Notes: generated by a model not told the origin, from the letters alone. A DNA stretch of 59,330 nucleotides from Nitrospirota bacterium (GCA_963788195.1 CAWBGA010000015.1:1-59330), one strand, 5' to 3'; shown: positions 46,831 to 57,127, counted from the first letter of the stretch. Numbers and translations: made by a program.

Positions 46831-47031
46831 TCTGCAGAATTGTAGGCCTCCGGTCCTTGCCACCCCACGCTCAGGTTCTTCGTAAAACCGCCAAGATGAA
46901 GGTGCACCCTCTCCTGGCGTTATCCGTTTGAACAGCTTCCGGCTCAGCACCAGAACATTTCTTAAACTCTTGGGCTGTTGCCGCTTGGGAAGATCCAGGA
47001 CCACCCGCGATTGTTGTATGATGGAATCGTG

Positions 47032-47691
47032 ATGAAATTAACTGCGACGGTACTTGTTGGACTGCTCATTACGCTCCCGTGCAGTGTGCTAGCCGGAGAC
47101 ACACCACCATCGCGGCTTTTGCTCATCAGCAAAACGCAGGAGGAGCTCCAAGTGTTCCTGCCAATGGGCACACGGCTTCTCCGCGACCCCCTCGCGATTG
47201 AGGAATTCTTGCAGGAGTTAGATGGCGCACCGCCGGATTGGCCTGAGATTCATGGCAATTATGAGCATCCGGATGACGAGAGCCTTTTTGTCCTGAACCG
47301 GGAACGAGATCGACTACGAGTCGGCCGATCGGCGCTCTCTCAGCGGATCACGTTTCTCTGGGAAGGCTTGCTCTCGAGTTACGTGCCGGATCAGTGCGGT
47401 TTCTTGGTTGCCGTAGGGCCTGAGATGATTGACACCAAGTGGGGGATGGTGCGGTTTAAGCCCGAGAGCCTGCCTGCGGAGCTGATCGCGGTACCGGTTC
47501 CCCGAGTACGGAAATTTCTCCAGACAAAACTCGCCCGCGGTGAGAACGTGAGGCTGGTCGTGGCGATGACCGGCCATGTCGTTCCGGACGAAGCACTTAT
47601 CTACGACTTCGCCCATGAAGACCGGAGTCAAGGAATGATCATGCCGATGGTACGCGTGGAGAGGATAGATTATTTCTTCCCGATTCCCTGA
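47032..47691 (+). CDS. Secreted hypothetical protein
   Basis: Signal peptide MKLTATVLVGLL..VLA; 219 aa. Confidence 0.6.
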   Translation: MKLTATVLVGLLITLPCSVLAGDTPPSRLLLISKTQEELQVFLPMGTRLLRDPLAIEEFLQELDGAPPDWPEIHGNYEHPDDESLFVLNRERDRLRVGRSALSQRITFLWEGLLSSYVPDQCGFLVAVGPEMIDTKWGMVRFKPESLPAELIAVPVPRVRKFLQTKLARGENVRLVVAMTGHVVPDEALIYDFAHEDRSQGMIMPMVRVERIDYFFPIP

Positions 47692-47777
47692 TCGCCACGC
47701 GTACTAAGCCCCTTCACTGGCTGGATGTCGAGGTGTCAGGATATCGTCGGTGAGCACGGTGGGGACGTTCGCCAGAA

Positions 47778-49166
47778 TCACCCTGAAGACTTTGCTCTTG
47801 GCTGGACTAGAACTAGATACAGATCGTTGACGTTTGTGCCGGTCAGGCCGGTCATGATATGGCCACCAATGTTTTTAAAGAATGTGTAGCTATCATTCCG
47901 GCTCAAATACTCTACGGCATCGTACCCTTTTCGCCAGGCATGAGCGACGGTCCGACCATCGACCATTGCCCCTGCTGCGTCCGTCGGACCGTCCCTACCG
48001 TCTGTTCCCAGACCTGCCACCCAAATTCGGCGAGCCCCTTGGAGAGCCAGCGCTGCCGCCAGGGCGAATTCCTGTGCCCGGCCTCCCCGCCCGTCACCCT
48101 CCACCTTCACTGTCGGTTCCCCTCCGGCGATCAGCAAGAGCGGCCTTCGAAGTTTCATGCGCTGCAACGCACGCCCCAGGTGACCCATCCAGATTCCGGC
48201 CTCAGTGGCTCCTCCGGTTAAGAATTCCTCGACAATCACGACGTCGTAGCCGAGATTCCGAGCCGTGGCGGCTCCCGCCTCCAAGGCGATGCGATTGTTG
48301 CCGGTGATGATATAGTCGACGCGGCTGAAAAATCGATTTCGTCGGGTTGGCGTCTCTTCCTGCCACCCCGCCAAACCTTCTACCAGGTGAATCCTGACCC
48401 TGACCGGCAACCGCTGCCACAACTTGTATTGACGGATAATCTTGACCGCGTCCCGAAAGGTCGTGGGATCGGGCGCCGTCAGACCTGAACCGATAGTGCC
48501 AAGATCATCACCGGCAACATCCGAAAGGATCAACGTCAGCACAGACGCACGGGTGGCTTGCGCCAGCCGGCCGCCTTTGATCGCTGACAGATGTTTGCGG
48601 ACGGCGTTCATCTCGGCGATTGATGCCCCGGAACGAAGCAACAGGCTTGTGGTCTTTTGCTTGTCCGGGAGAGTCAACCCATCGGCAGGGAGAGGGAGAA
48701 GGCTCGAGGCCCCTCCGGAAATCAACACAATGAGGAGATCGTCCGCGTCCAGCGACTCCGCGATGCCGAGAAGCCTCCGCGCAGCATGTAGACCTCGATT
48801 ATCCGGAATGGGATGGCCCGCTACCGCGACCTTGATCCTGGACGCAGGAGCCGGTTTTCCCCGCGCCGGCGCCACGACTAAGCCTCCGTCAACTCGCCTG
48901 CCGAGCACTTCCTCGATCGCCCGCGCCATGGGAACCGCAGCCTTACCAGCGCCTACAACGACAATTCGCCGTAGTCGATGGAGATCGTAGACCCGCTGCC
49001 CCGCGCGCAGCTTAGAACCTCGAACTGAGACTTTGGAAATCAGCGCGGCAGCTGGATTAACGGCATTCAGGGCAGACTGCAGGATGCGGCGCAGCCCGGG
49101 TCGTACCGGCGACGCAGGAAGGATCAGTGGGATGGTTTTTCCGACTTGAGACACACCGTTGGGCAA
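47778..49166 (-). CDS. Glycerate 2-kinase / hydroxypyruvate reductase-like (DUF4147 + MOFRL)
   Basis: Motifs GAGKAA, GHPIPD, ISGGASSL, RKHLSAIKGG, GTDGRDG, TGTNVND. Start codon uncertain. Confidence 0.92.
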   Translation of the reverse strand: MPNGVSQVGKTIPLILPASPVRPGLRRILQSALNAVNPAAALISKVSVRGSKLRAGQRVYDLHRLRRIVVVGAGKAAVPMARAIEEVLGRRVDGGLVVAPARGKPAPASRIKVAVAGHPIPDNRGLHAARRLLGIAESLDADDLLIVLISGGASSLLPLPADGLTLPDKQKTTSLLLRSGASIAEMNAVRKHLSAIKGGRLAQATRASVLTLILSDVAGDDLGTIGSGLTAPDPTTFRDAVKIIRQYKLWQRLPVRVRIHLVEGLAGWQEETPTRRNRFFSRVDYIITGNNRIALEAGAATARNLGYDVVIVEEFLTGGATEAGIWMGHLGRALQRMKLRRPLLLIAGGEPTVKVEGDGRGGRAQEFALAAALALQGARRIWVAGLGTDGRDGPTDAAGAMVDGRTVAHAWRKGYDAVEYLSRNDSYTFFKNIGGHIMTGLTGTNVNDLYLVLVQPRAKSSG

Positions 49167-50152
49167 TCTTCCGCCCGCCGGGGAATCTTAATGCGGTGGG
49201 TTCCTCTCGGCAAGTAATTCTTACTGATCTCGGGATTGAGCAATTTAAGTTCCAGGAAATAGGTGCCGAACTGCTCCGCAACCGAGGTCAGATGACGCTG
49301 CTTCTCGACGATGGTGACTGTGACGATCTCGGTATTGACCGGAGCATACAGATCGGCCTTTGCAAGCCCGAGATACTTTTCCGGTTGCGAGAAGATCTCC
49401 TTCACGGCAATGACCCGCGGGACGTAGCGCATCGTCTCATTAAAAATGTGCAAGCGCCAGTAGTCATTCACATGCTGCTCACGCATCGCTTTCATGATGG
49501 CGCCTTCGCCGGCATTATACGCGGCCATGGCCAGACTCCAATCCCCCAACAGATCGTGGAGCTTTTTAAGGTACTTGATCGCCGCCTCAGTAGACAATTC
49601 CAGGTTGCGGCGCTCGTCCTTCCAGACGTTGTTCTCCAATGCAAAGAGTCGTCCGGTCTTGGGTATGAATTGCCAGGGCCCGGAGGCCTTTGCCTTGGAA
49701 TATGCGGCGGAGATGCATTTGCTTTCCACCAGAAGAATGTATTTCAGATCATCGGGCATCCCTCGTTCGGCCAGCTGGCGTTCAGCCGGAGGGAAACAAC
49801 GTCCCGTACGCTTTGCGAGAATGATGCTGTCGCCTTCGTCTGCGAGAAACCGGTAGAACTCGTACTCGATGCGTTCCCGAACCTGCCACAGATGTATCGG
49901 CACGGGAACACGTGCGAATGTCATCGTGGCCGGTAGCCGGTATTCGCTGAGGAACGGCCGGGTCCTAGGTTCAACGATAACCGGTAATTCGGCGGGCAGT
50001 TGCGCCGGTGGAGGCACCCCCGCAGCCTCCCCTGACAGCGCAAGCGGCATGGGTAACTCAAGAGGCCGTACCTCTCCGATCAGCACAATGCCGATAATAA
50101 CGATTAGGGCCAGGGAGAGCAGCGCGGCTTTGTGGAGTGTACAATATTGCAT
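49124..50152 (-). CDS. Lytic transglycosylase (MltD-like SLT domain)
   Basis: Motifs LVES, ASGPWQFIPKTG, AMAAYNAGE, ETMRYVPR. Confidence 0.9.
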   Translation of the reverse strand: MQYCTLHKAALLSLALIVIIGIVLIGEVRPLELPMPLALSGEAAGVPPPAQLPAELPVIVEPRTRPFLSEYRLPATMTFARVPVPIHLWQVRERIEYEFYRFLADEGDSIILAKRTGRCFPPAERQLAERGMPDDLKYILLVESKCISAAYSKAKASGPWQFIPKTGRLFALENNVWKDERRNLELSTEAAIKYLKKLHDLLGDWSLAMAAYNAGEGAIMKAMREQHVNDYWRLHIFNETMRYVPRVIAVKEIFSQPEKYLGLAKADLYAPVNTEIVTVTIVEKQRHLTSVAEQFGTYFLELKLLNPEISKNYLPRGTHRIKIPRRAEDCPTVCLKSEKPSH

Positions 50153-50223
50153 ATTGGTAATTCTACCAAGTGTCGGAGGTAGGAGCAAGGTTAATCCCCG
50201 CATCATTTGGTACAATCTTCACG

Positions 50224-50913
50224 ATGACGCCCCTTCAGAGGCTTCAAAACACTGTGGTCGGCTGCACGCTGTGCCCGCGGTTAGTGGCCCACCGGGAGGA
50301 AGTCGCGCGGACACGGGTGCGCCGGTTCGCCGACTGGGACTATTGGGCCAAACCCTTGCCGGGATTCGGGGATCCCCGTGGACGCCTGCTGATTGTCGGT
50401 CTCGCTCCGGCAGCGCACGGAGGAAACCGCACCGGACGCATCTTTACCGGAGACCGAAGCGGCGATTGGCTCTACGGCGCGCTCTACAGATTTGGCTTTG
50501 CCAGCCGTCCCGATTCAATTTCCCGTGAGGACGGCATGCGGCTCATGGATTGTTATATCACCGCGACGGTGAGGTGCGCTCCACCGGGGAATAAGCCTTT
50601 ACCGGAAGAGTTTCGTTGCTGCCGGCCGTATCTCATGCAAGAACTTCAACTCCTCAAGCAGGTTCAGGTCGTCATTGCGCTTGGGAAAATCGCCCTCGAC
50701 GGCTATCTGGACGCTTCGCGGGAGCTTGGCAGGCCTATTCCAAAGCCACGCCCGGTCTTCGGACACAACCTGGTTTATTCATTTTCGTGGGGAGTCAGCC
50801 TCATCACTTCCTACCATCCATCTCAGCAGAATACGTTTACGGGCAAATTGACCGTTCCGATGTTCAACGCTGTCTTTGAGTCGGCGACAAGGCTGTTGAG
50901 GGTGTCATTCTGA
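50224..50913 (+). CDS. Uracil-DNA glycosylase, family 5 (UdgB-like)
   Basis: CTLCPRL Fe-S motif, GLAPAAHGGNRTGRIFTGDRSG, YHPSQQNT. Confidence 0.93.
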   Translation: MTPLQRLQNTVVGCTLCPRLVAHREEVARTRVRRFADWDYWAKPLPGFGDPRGRLLIVGLAPAAHGGNRTGRIFTGDRSGDWLYGALYRFGFASRPDSISREDGMRLMDCYITATVRCAPPGNKPLPEEFRCCRPYLMQELQLLKQVQVVIALGKIALDGYLDASRELGRPIPKPRPVFGHNLVYSFSWGVSLITSYHPSQQNTFTGKLTVPMFNAVFESATRLLRVSF

Positions 50914-50990
50914 GCGAAGCGAAGAATCTAGACCTTCACTAAGTTTATCCAGAGGTTCGAATTGAGATCCTTCACTTCGTTCAGGATGAC
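50904..50990. repeat. Palindromic miniature element (GTCATTCTGAGCGAAGCGAAGAATCT...AGATCCTTCACTTCGTTCAGGATGAC)
   Basis: About 26-bp imperfect inverted repeats. The left arm supplies the UDG stop codon. Confidence 0.8.
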
Positions 50991-51023
50991 GATCAAAGGA
51001 TTTAAGGTGACAGACTTGCAAAT

Positions 51024-51962
51024 TTATTTGGGCGCTGGGGAAGCCAACAACGCCTTCAGCCGCGCCTCGTAGTGCGCCACCAGATCCTCCGCGCCATCCT
51101 CCCTGGCCAACCGGCTAAGACGTTTGAGAGCTTCGGCAGCTTGAACGGTGTTTTTTTGTGCAGAGTAAGCCCTGTAGGCCCGCTCGTAGTATCCCCTGGC
51201 CTGCTGGGTCTGCTTTGCCGCCTCAGCGAGTGCGCCCAAGCGGCCGAGGTCCGCGGCAATGGCCGCAGGGTCTCCGAGAGTTTTATCAAGATTCAGTGCC
51301 TGTTCGTAGTGTTTCCGCGCTTCATCCAACTGCCCCTTCCCTTCAAGGACCGATCCCAGATTGCTCAAATTACTCGCCAATGATCGGGACTCTCCCAACT
51401 CTGTGTTGAGCGCCATCGCTTGACGAAAGCTCTGCTGAGCTTCATCAGACTGGCCTAGCGCTTGTTGGATGAGTCCCAGATTATTCAGAAGGATCGCTTC
51501 GGTTTTGCGATCCTTGCGTTCCGTCGCGAGCGGCAGGGCCTCACGATAGAAAGCTATCGCCGCCGCGCGATCACCGAGCAACTGGGCCGCCTGTCCCAAG
51601 TAGGCCAAGGTTGCTGTCCTTAACTCGTCATCGCCCAGATCCCGGGCGATCCCCAGCGCCTTTTGATGGAGCGCGAGCGCGTCCGCTGGATGCCCTCGCC
51701 GCCCGGCAATGCCGCCCAGATCATTTAACGTCTCTGCGACAAGCCGGCGATCGTCAAGACCATCCGCGACCCGACGGGCTTCTTCAAAAATCGCCGCGGC
51801 CCGGGCGAGGTCTCCTACGGCGAGAGCCCGATGGCCCTTCTCCCGAAGTTGATGCGCTTTCAGACTAAGGGGTGATGAGGGCGGAGCCTCTACCGCCGGC
51901 TTTCCAGAGCAACTGACGCAGGCGAGGGCCAGGAGCAGTACCGCGCAGGCGACTCGCCTCAT
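51024..51962 (-). CDS. TPR-repeat lipoprotein of the MCE operon
   Basis: Lipobox-like ACVSC and multiple TPRs (LNNLG, LSNLG). Confidence 0.85.
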   Translation of the reverse strand: MRRVACAVLLLALACVSCSGKPAVEAPPSSPLSLKAHQLREKGHRALAVGDLARAAAIFEEARRVADGLDDRRLVAETLNDLGGIAGRRGHPADALALHQKALGIARDLGDDELRTATLAYLGQAAQLLGDRAAAIAFYREALPLATERKDRKTEAILLNNLGLIQQALGQSDEAQQSFRQAMALNTELGESRSLASNLSNLGSVLEGKGQLDEARKHYEQALNLDKTLGDPAAIAADLGRLGALAEAAKQTQQARGYYERAYRAYSAQKNTVQAAEALKRLSRLAREDGAEDLVAHYEARLKALLASPAPK

Positions 51963-52943
51963 TTACTTAGGCAGCTCGTCAACCCGCAAGCTTCGAAGAC
52001 CTGCGGTGGCCGTGGCCGTATTCTCTTCTACTCGCGCTGCCCGTCCCCTCGCCGCAAAGGTACTAATGGGGAACGTCTTTTTTGCGCCGGCCAAAATCTC
52101 GGTCACATCATCCATGTTTCCCTGGACGGAGTTGATCAGCGGGGGTACATCATTATGTATGAGCCCTTTCAGATCTTCCGTCGCGGCCTTCACGTTTTCA
52201 ACCGCCGCAGGCAGCTTCGCTGTGGACGACTTCACATCTTCAACGACGTCGCCGACGCGGTTTAGGGTCTTGCGCGCGCTCGCCGCCAATGCTGGGACCT
52301 CCGAGGCGATCTCCTTCGATGCCTGCTTGATCGTGGCGCTCGTCTCGCGGATATTGCCCATCACCTCCGGCAAACCGGCAGAAGCCTCCTGGACATTCCC
52401 GAGGGTGGCTTGCCCTGTCTTGATCGCCGCTTGAACTTCCTGCGCGATAACATCAACCCTGGCGAGCGTTTTCCCCACAGTCTCCAGCAGTGTTTTGGCC
52501 TCCGCCATCAGATTAAGGGGTTCTTCGGACTCGATGTGCCCCCCCGCCTGAACGATCGGCTCACTCTTCTTCCCCGGGGTGATCTCAATCTGCGGCTCTC
52601 CGAGGAGTCCCCCTGACTTGCCGATCCCGGCCTTGGAATCCATGCGAATCTTGTCCTGGTACTTTTTTAAAATCTGGAGCGTGAACCGCGCATTGTTCTG
52701 CTCGGTAAACTCGATCGCGCTGATCCGCCCCACCTGCAGACCCAAGAGCATTACGGGATAACCGACCTTCAGCCCGAAACCTTCACTAAAGACGGTCGTG
52801 ATCTTGTACTTCTCTTCGAAAATGTTTTCGTTCTTTCCAACGACGAACAGCACCCCGGCCAGGATCAGAACCGGAACGAGCACAAACCAGCCCACGATCT
52901 GGTGGATTCGAGCCTGAGAGAGACGATGAGTGTAATGCATCAT
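51963..52943 (-). CDS. mlaD: MlaD/MCE family protein
   Basis: N-terminal TM, GLKVGYPVMLLGLQVGRI, GLLGEPQIEITPG, coiled-coil tail. Confidence 0.88.
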   Translation of the reverse strand: MMHYTHRLSQARIHQIVGWFVLVPVLILAGVLFVVGKNENIFEEKYKITTVFSEGFGLKVGYPVMLLGLQVGRISAIEFTEQNNARFTLQILKKYQDKIRMDSKAGIGKSGGLLGEPQIEITPGKKSEPIVQAGGHIESEEPLNLMAEAKTLLETVGKTLARVDVIAQEVQAAIKTGQATLGNVQEASAGLPEVMGNIRETSATIKQASKEIASEVPALAASARKTLNRVGDVVEDVKSSTAKLPAAVENVKAATEDLKGLIHNDVPPLINSVQGNMDDVTEILAGAKKTFPISTFAARGRAARVEENTATATAGLRSLRVDELPK

Positions 52944-52971
52944 GACACCTCATGCGATGATATCTTGGGGG

Positions 52972-53709
52972 TTAAACACTGTGAAACTCATGCACGGCCG
53001 GATCCTGCATCAGGACAGCCTCCGCAGGTGTGGTATCAGCGACCATCCGGCCATCCTGAAAGAACAGCACGCGATCCAGGATCTCGAACAACTTCGTCGG
53101 CACCCCGACGGATGTGACGAGGGTCATCCCTCTTTTCGCGCGTACGCTTTCGAAGAATCCCCGCAGTCGCGCCAAACCCCAAGCGTCCAACCCGAGCAAC
53201 ATGTCGTCGAAGAAGAGGATCTCTGGATTAAGGATCAGCGCCCGCGCCAGCGCTACAAATCGCGCATCGCTCAGCATAAGTTGAGCCGGAAACCAGTCCC
53301 TTAGATGCTCGATACCCCAAAGGCGAAGGGCCGCTGTGACTTTGACTTCGATCTCTGGTTCCGCAAGAGCCGTGTGGTAGCGCAAGGGCACAGCTATGTT
53401 ATTGAAGACATTCATATTGCTTAGAAGAGCGGGGCGGTCAAACACGACCCCGACCCGGCGTCGCAGATCGACATACGCCCGCTCCGAGGCAAGCGCCGGA
53501 TCGATACCTAGAAGCCGGACTATCCCCTTCAGTGGGGACTCGATCCCGGCTGCGAGCAAAAGCGCGAGACTCTTTCCCGACCCGTCGCCTCCTACCAAGG
53601 CCACAAGCTCACCGTGTCGAACGGTCAGGCTGACATCGTCGACGCTCTGCCCTTCGCGCAAAAACGCCGAGACGTGATCAAGCTCAACCGTCGGTTGCCC
53701 CTTTATCAC
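52972..53709 (-). CDS. MlaF-like ABC ATPase, degenerate motifs
   Basis: Walker A GGDGSGKS. Signature reads LMLSD and Walker B reads ILFFDD. GTG start overlaps the mlaE stop. Confidence 0.8.
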   Translation of the reverse strand: MIKGQPTVELDHVSAFLREGQSVDDVSLTVRHGELVALVGGDGSGKSLALLLAAGIESPLKGIVRLLGIDPALASERAYVDLRRRVGVVFDRPALLSNMNVFNNIAVPLRYHTALAEPEIEVKVTAALRLWGIEHLRDWFPAQLMLSDARFVALARALILNPEILFFDDMLLGLDAWGLARLRGFFESVRAKRGMTLVTSVGVPTKLFEILDRVLFFQDGRMVADTTPAEAVLMQDPAVHEFHSV

Positions 53710-54485
53710 GAGTAGAACCCCACGGTAACTATGATGTCGAGCACCAGACAGATCGTCACAGTATTGAGCATGGCGCGCGTGGTTTGCTGTGGCACTTCCG
53801 TAGGGGAACCCTCCACCGACAGCCCATGATGGCTGCAAATCACTGCGATTGTAAATCCGAACAGGACGGCCTTAATCAATGTAATAAGCAGATCAGCCAG
53901 AGACAGCGTTTTCCCGATGTCCTCAAGGTAGACCCCAAGCGGGATCGTCAGCTTGGTTTTCGCGACGAGAAAGCCGCCGACCACTGCAACAAGGTCAAAG
54001 TACACCGTCAGGCAGATCATGGCGATAATTGCGCCAACCAGGCGCGGCATGACAATGAATCGCGTGACGCTGATGCCCATGGCCTCGAGCGCGGTGATTT
54101 CCTTCCCCACACGCATATTGCCGAGTTCCGTGGAGATGGCGGTGCCCGAACGCCACACGACGATGAACGCCGTGATTAATGGACCGAGTTCTCGAACGAT
54201 TGTAAGCACAATGATCTGAGCCAGAAGAGCGCCGGCTCCTACCTGCGGGAGGGTCGTCCCGGCCTGGATGATCACGAGGAGCCCCACCATGAGGGCAATG
54301 AAGGTGGTCGACGGGAGCGCGTCAACTCCCGTAAAGATCACTTGGCGGGCAATGATCCGGTAGGTTTCACCCCGGCCGCGCGGCGACGGAGTAAAGATCT
54401 CTTTAAGGGCAAGGTACCCTAGGTACAGGACCTCCGAGGCATAGGCCACGCCTTCTGAGGTTCGTCTTCCAATCCACGCAACCAC
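53706..54485 (-). CDS. mlaE: MlaE family ABC permease
   Basis: Motifs RELGPLITA, ELGNMRV..EITALEAMGI, EVPQQTTRA. Confidence 0.92.
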   Translation of the reverse strand: MVAWIGRRTSEGVAYASEVLYLGYLALKEIFTPSPRGRGETYRIIARQVIFTGVDALPSTTFIALMVGLLVIIQAGTTLPQVGAGALLAQIIVLTIVRELGPLITAFIVVWRSGTAISTELGNMRVGKEITALEAMGISVTRFIVMPRLVGAIIAMICLTVYFDLVAVVGGFLVAKTKLTIPLGVYLEDIGKTLSLADLLITLIKAVLFGFTIAVICSHHGLSVEGSPTEVPQQTTRAMLNTVTICLVLDIIVTVGFYS

Positions 54486-54503
54486 CGTGCATGGCGCTGA
54501 GGG

Positions 54504-55157
54504 CTATGCCTTCGGGACGTTCTGTTTATCCCAGTCGGCCAGAAACTTTTTGAGCCCGCTATCCGTCAGTGGGTGCTGCACGAGCTGCTTGTACACCGTA
54601 TACGGCATCGTGCAAATATCCCCGCCGATTTTGGCAGCCTCTACCACATGCTGCGGACCCCTGACGCTGGCGACCAGCACTTTTGTCTTATACTGGTAGT
54701 TGCGATAAATCGTGACGATGTCGCGGATGAGCTCCATTCCATTGTGGGAAATATCGTCCAGACGGCCGATGAAAGGACTTACGCACCAGGCGCCGGCCTT
54801 GGCGGCAAGAAGGGCCTGATTGGGGGAAAAGCACAAGGTGACGTTGACGCGGATCCCCTGAGATGTTAAAGCTTTGCACGCCTTGAGGCCTTCCGGGATC
54901 AACGGAACCTTGACGACGATGTTTTTGTGGACGGTGGCCAGGTCCTTACCTTCCTTCACCATGGCGTCGGCTTCGACGCTGACCACTTCCGCGCTGATCG
55001 GACCATCGACGAGTGAACATATTTCCTTGAGCAGGTCCTTAAAGCTGCGGCCTTCCTTGGCGACCAACGAAGGGTTGGTCGTAATGCCGTCCAGTACTCC
55101 CCAGCTCGCGGCTTCTTTAATCTCTTTGGTATTTCCCGTGTCTAAGAAGATCATCAT
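54504..55157 (-). CDS. tal: Transaldolase / fructose-6-phosphate aldolase (short type)
   Basis: Motifs [39 protein letters not shown]. Confidence 0.93.
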   Translation of the reverse strand: MMIFLDTGNTKEIKEAASWGVLDGITTNPSLVAKEGRSFKDLLKEICSLVDGPISAEVVSVEADAMVKEGKDLATVHKNIVVKVPLIPEGLKACKALTSQGIRVNVTLCFSPNQALLAAKAGAWCVSPFIGRLDDISHNGMELIRDIVTIYRNYQYKTKVLVASVRGPQHVVEAAKIGGDICTMPYTVYKQLVQHPLTDSGLKKFLADWDKQNVPKA

Positions 55158-55263
55158 GGTGGTACCCTCCAGCGATTAGGCGATGAGGCAAAAAGCACAA
55201 GACTCCTTTTATTCTACAAGTATTCCGTTAATTTTCAAAGTACTCTTCTGAGGAGGTTAAGGT

Positions 55264-55566
55264 ATGCATCGAGCCGCCTTCCTAGTGCTTCTCGTGCTCG
55301 CGACAGCATGCAGCAGCAATCCCTACCTGGAGCAAACCCTCAAGCCCGCCGCCCAGCGGCACGAAACCAAAGAGTGGTTTGAAAAGGAATGGGGGACACC
55401 TGCCGGAACCTCAAAGCGCTTCTGGGGAGGTGAGACGTGGACTTATTATCGGATCGCCGGGGGAACTCGGCGGTTCTTAGGCGGGATCAAACCTCACGAT
55501 TGTGAGATCAAGTTGGATTTCGACAAGCACGGACTACTGGATGATTATAGCTATTCGGGGTGCTGA
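55264..55566 (+). CDS. Small lipoprotein (BamE/SmpA-like pattern)
   Basis: GAGGAGG RBS, LATAC lipobox, WGTP..ETWTY..LDFD. Confidence 0.7.
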   Translation: MHRAAFLVLLVLATACSSNPYLEQTLKPAAQRHETKEWFEKEWGTPAGTSKRFWGGETWTYYRIAGGTRRFLGGIKPHDCEIKLDFDKHGLLDDYSYSGC

Positions 55567-55698
55567 GACCTGTCACTCTGCCTCCCATTGTCACCCGAGT
55601 TTACCATCAACCTCGAGCCGCAGGACTCAAAATGTCCCGCCCTAATGCTGCCCCGCAACATTTGTTAGACTCCCCTGAAACAGAAAAGAGGAGAAGCA

Positions 55699-56055
55699 AT
55701 GTTGAAGATTGGATCGATCGTTTGGGGGGTTCGAGATGTCCCACGTGCCATTCGGTTTTGGTGTGACGCCCTTGCATATCGACCGCTCCGTGAGCCTTCT
55801 AGCGACTGGGCAATTTTGGTTCCCCGGGAAGGATTTGGCGTCCAACTGGCGATCACGCAGGTTTCGTCAGAAGCAATAAACCATCAACGTCATCATTTGG
55901 ATCTATATACAATAGATACGGTAGCGGAAGTGGAACGGCTGCTCGGACTTGGCGCTCAGCGTGTGGCGTGGCGTTATCCGGATAATGCCGACTACATCGT
56001 CCTGGCAGACCCTGACGGCAACAAGTTTTGTGTCGTGGAGAAGGAGGCCGGCTGA
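55699..56055 (+). CDS. VOC/glyoxalase family protein
   Basis: Motifs HHLDL, EVERLLGLGA, VLADPDGNKFCV. Confidence 0.9.
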   Translation: MLKIGSIVWGVRDVPRAIRFWCDALAYRPLREPSSDWAILVPREGFGVQLAITQVSSEAINHQRHHLDLYTIDTVAEVERLLGLGAQRVAWRYPDNADYIVLADPDGNKFCVVEKEAG

Positions 56056-56094
56056 CCGCGTCAGGAAGGTTTGAGAACGCGGAATAACGTCTTC

Positions 56095-56358
56095 CTAGAC
56101 AGAGGACAGTTTCTTTTCATAGATACCCCGGCAGGAATCACCGCAGAAAAAGTATGTTCGATCGGCATTACGGATAAAAAGGGCGCCCTCCTTGGGAACA
56201 AACATACCACACACCGGGTCCTGGACCATTTCGGCTGACTGCCCCGACAACTCCGCGCGAGCATGATCCTGCCTTTTTGCCAGTAATCCCCGCAGGGCTC
56301 CTCGCACCATAAAGTAGACCACGACCAGCAGAATGAGGAGTATGAGAAGGCGCCACAT
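56095..56358 (-). CDS. Membrane-anchored YHS/TRASH domain protein
   Basis: DPVCGMFV...YFFCGDSC. Confidence 0.85.
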   Translation of the reverse strand: MWRLLILLILLVVVYFMVRGALRGLLAKRQDHARAELSGQSAEMVQDPVCGMFVPKEGALFIRNADRTYFFCGDSCRGIYEKKLSSV

Positions 56359-56528
56359 CTAAAAAGACTAACAGAATCCGTGAAGACTGGTCAAACCTTC
56401 ACCTCCAAGCATTGATTTTTCGGGGTTTGAACGGGGGCAGCTGGTATAACCCCTCAAGCACTGGCGTACCTGCTCCGATAATATCATCAGGCCAATGGGA
56501 TTTCTTCCCTGGCGCATAGGAGGATTGT

Positions 56529-56807
56529 ATGAATGTTCCGAAGTTAATATGGCAGGCAGTTATCTTTATTGCCCTCTTTCTGGCAATGGGTGATTCGGTT
56601 TTGGCTGAGCCCGCCAGCAAAGAGGAGGGGACGACTACCACTAAAAATAAGGATCTCAAGACCAGCGACTTGCCGAAGCCTTTGCAGGAAATCGGGGAAG
56701 TCATCGGGCGGGTCGGGAATGAGGTCAGCAAGGGGGTTTCGAAGGCTGCCCAAGCCATTCGCGAAGCGCCTGAAAAGACTGAGAAAAGCAAGCCGAAAGA
56801 GAAATAG
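56529..56807 (+). CDS. Small secreted hypothetical protein
   Basis: GGAGG RBS, signal peptide, Lys/Glu-rich. Confidence 0.6.
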   Translation: MNVPKLIWQAVIFIALFLAMGDSVLAEPASKEEGTTTTKNKDLKTSDLPKPLQEIGEVIGRVGNEVSKGVSKAAQAIREAPEKTEKSKPKEK

Positions 56808-57127
56808 TCGCTACTCCACAACATCCGACTTGATGTAAAACAGCAAGCCTTTGCGCGTGGAAAGACGCACCAGAGATAAACCTTCCTAATAATCTTCCCG
56901 TCCTTCACTCCGGCCCCGATTTCCGATCCTTTTAAAAAATCCAACCTGGCAGCTTTGAACTCAAGGGCGCGTTTTTGTAAACCGCGCCGACTGATTATTC
57001 TGTCTAGAGTTTTATATTTAAAATGATATACTCTACGTATAATACTCCAAATAGACACAGCCCGGCAAAGCAGATCTTGGATACACCCAGTTCGTTTGGA
57101 AGCTCACTACGACAGGAGATCATACTC

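Noticed and set aside
39163..46950. An integron integrase gene or remnant
   Set aside because: No ORF or fragment with tyrosine-recombinase motifs (R..HxxR..H/W..Y) was seen on either strand upstream of the modules.
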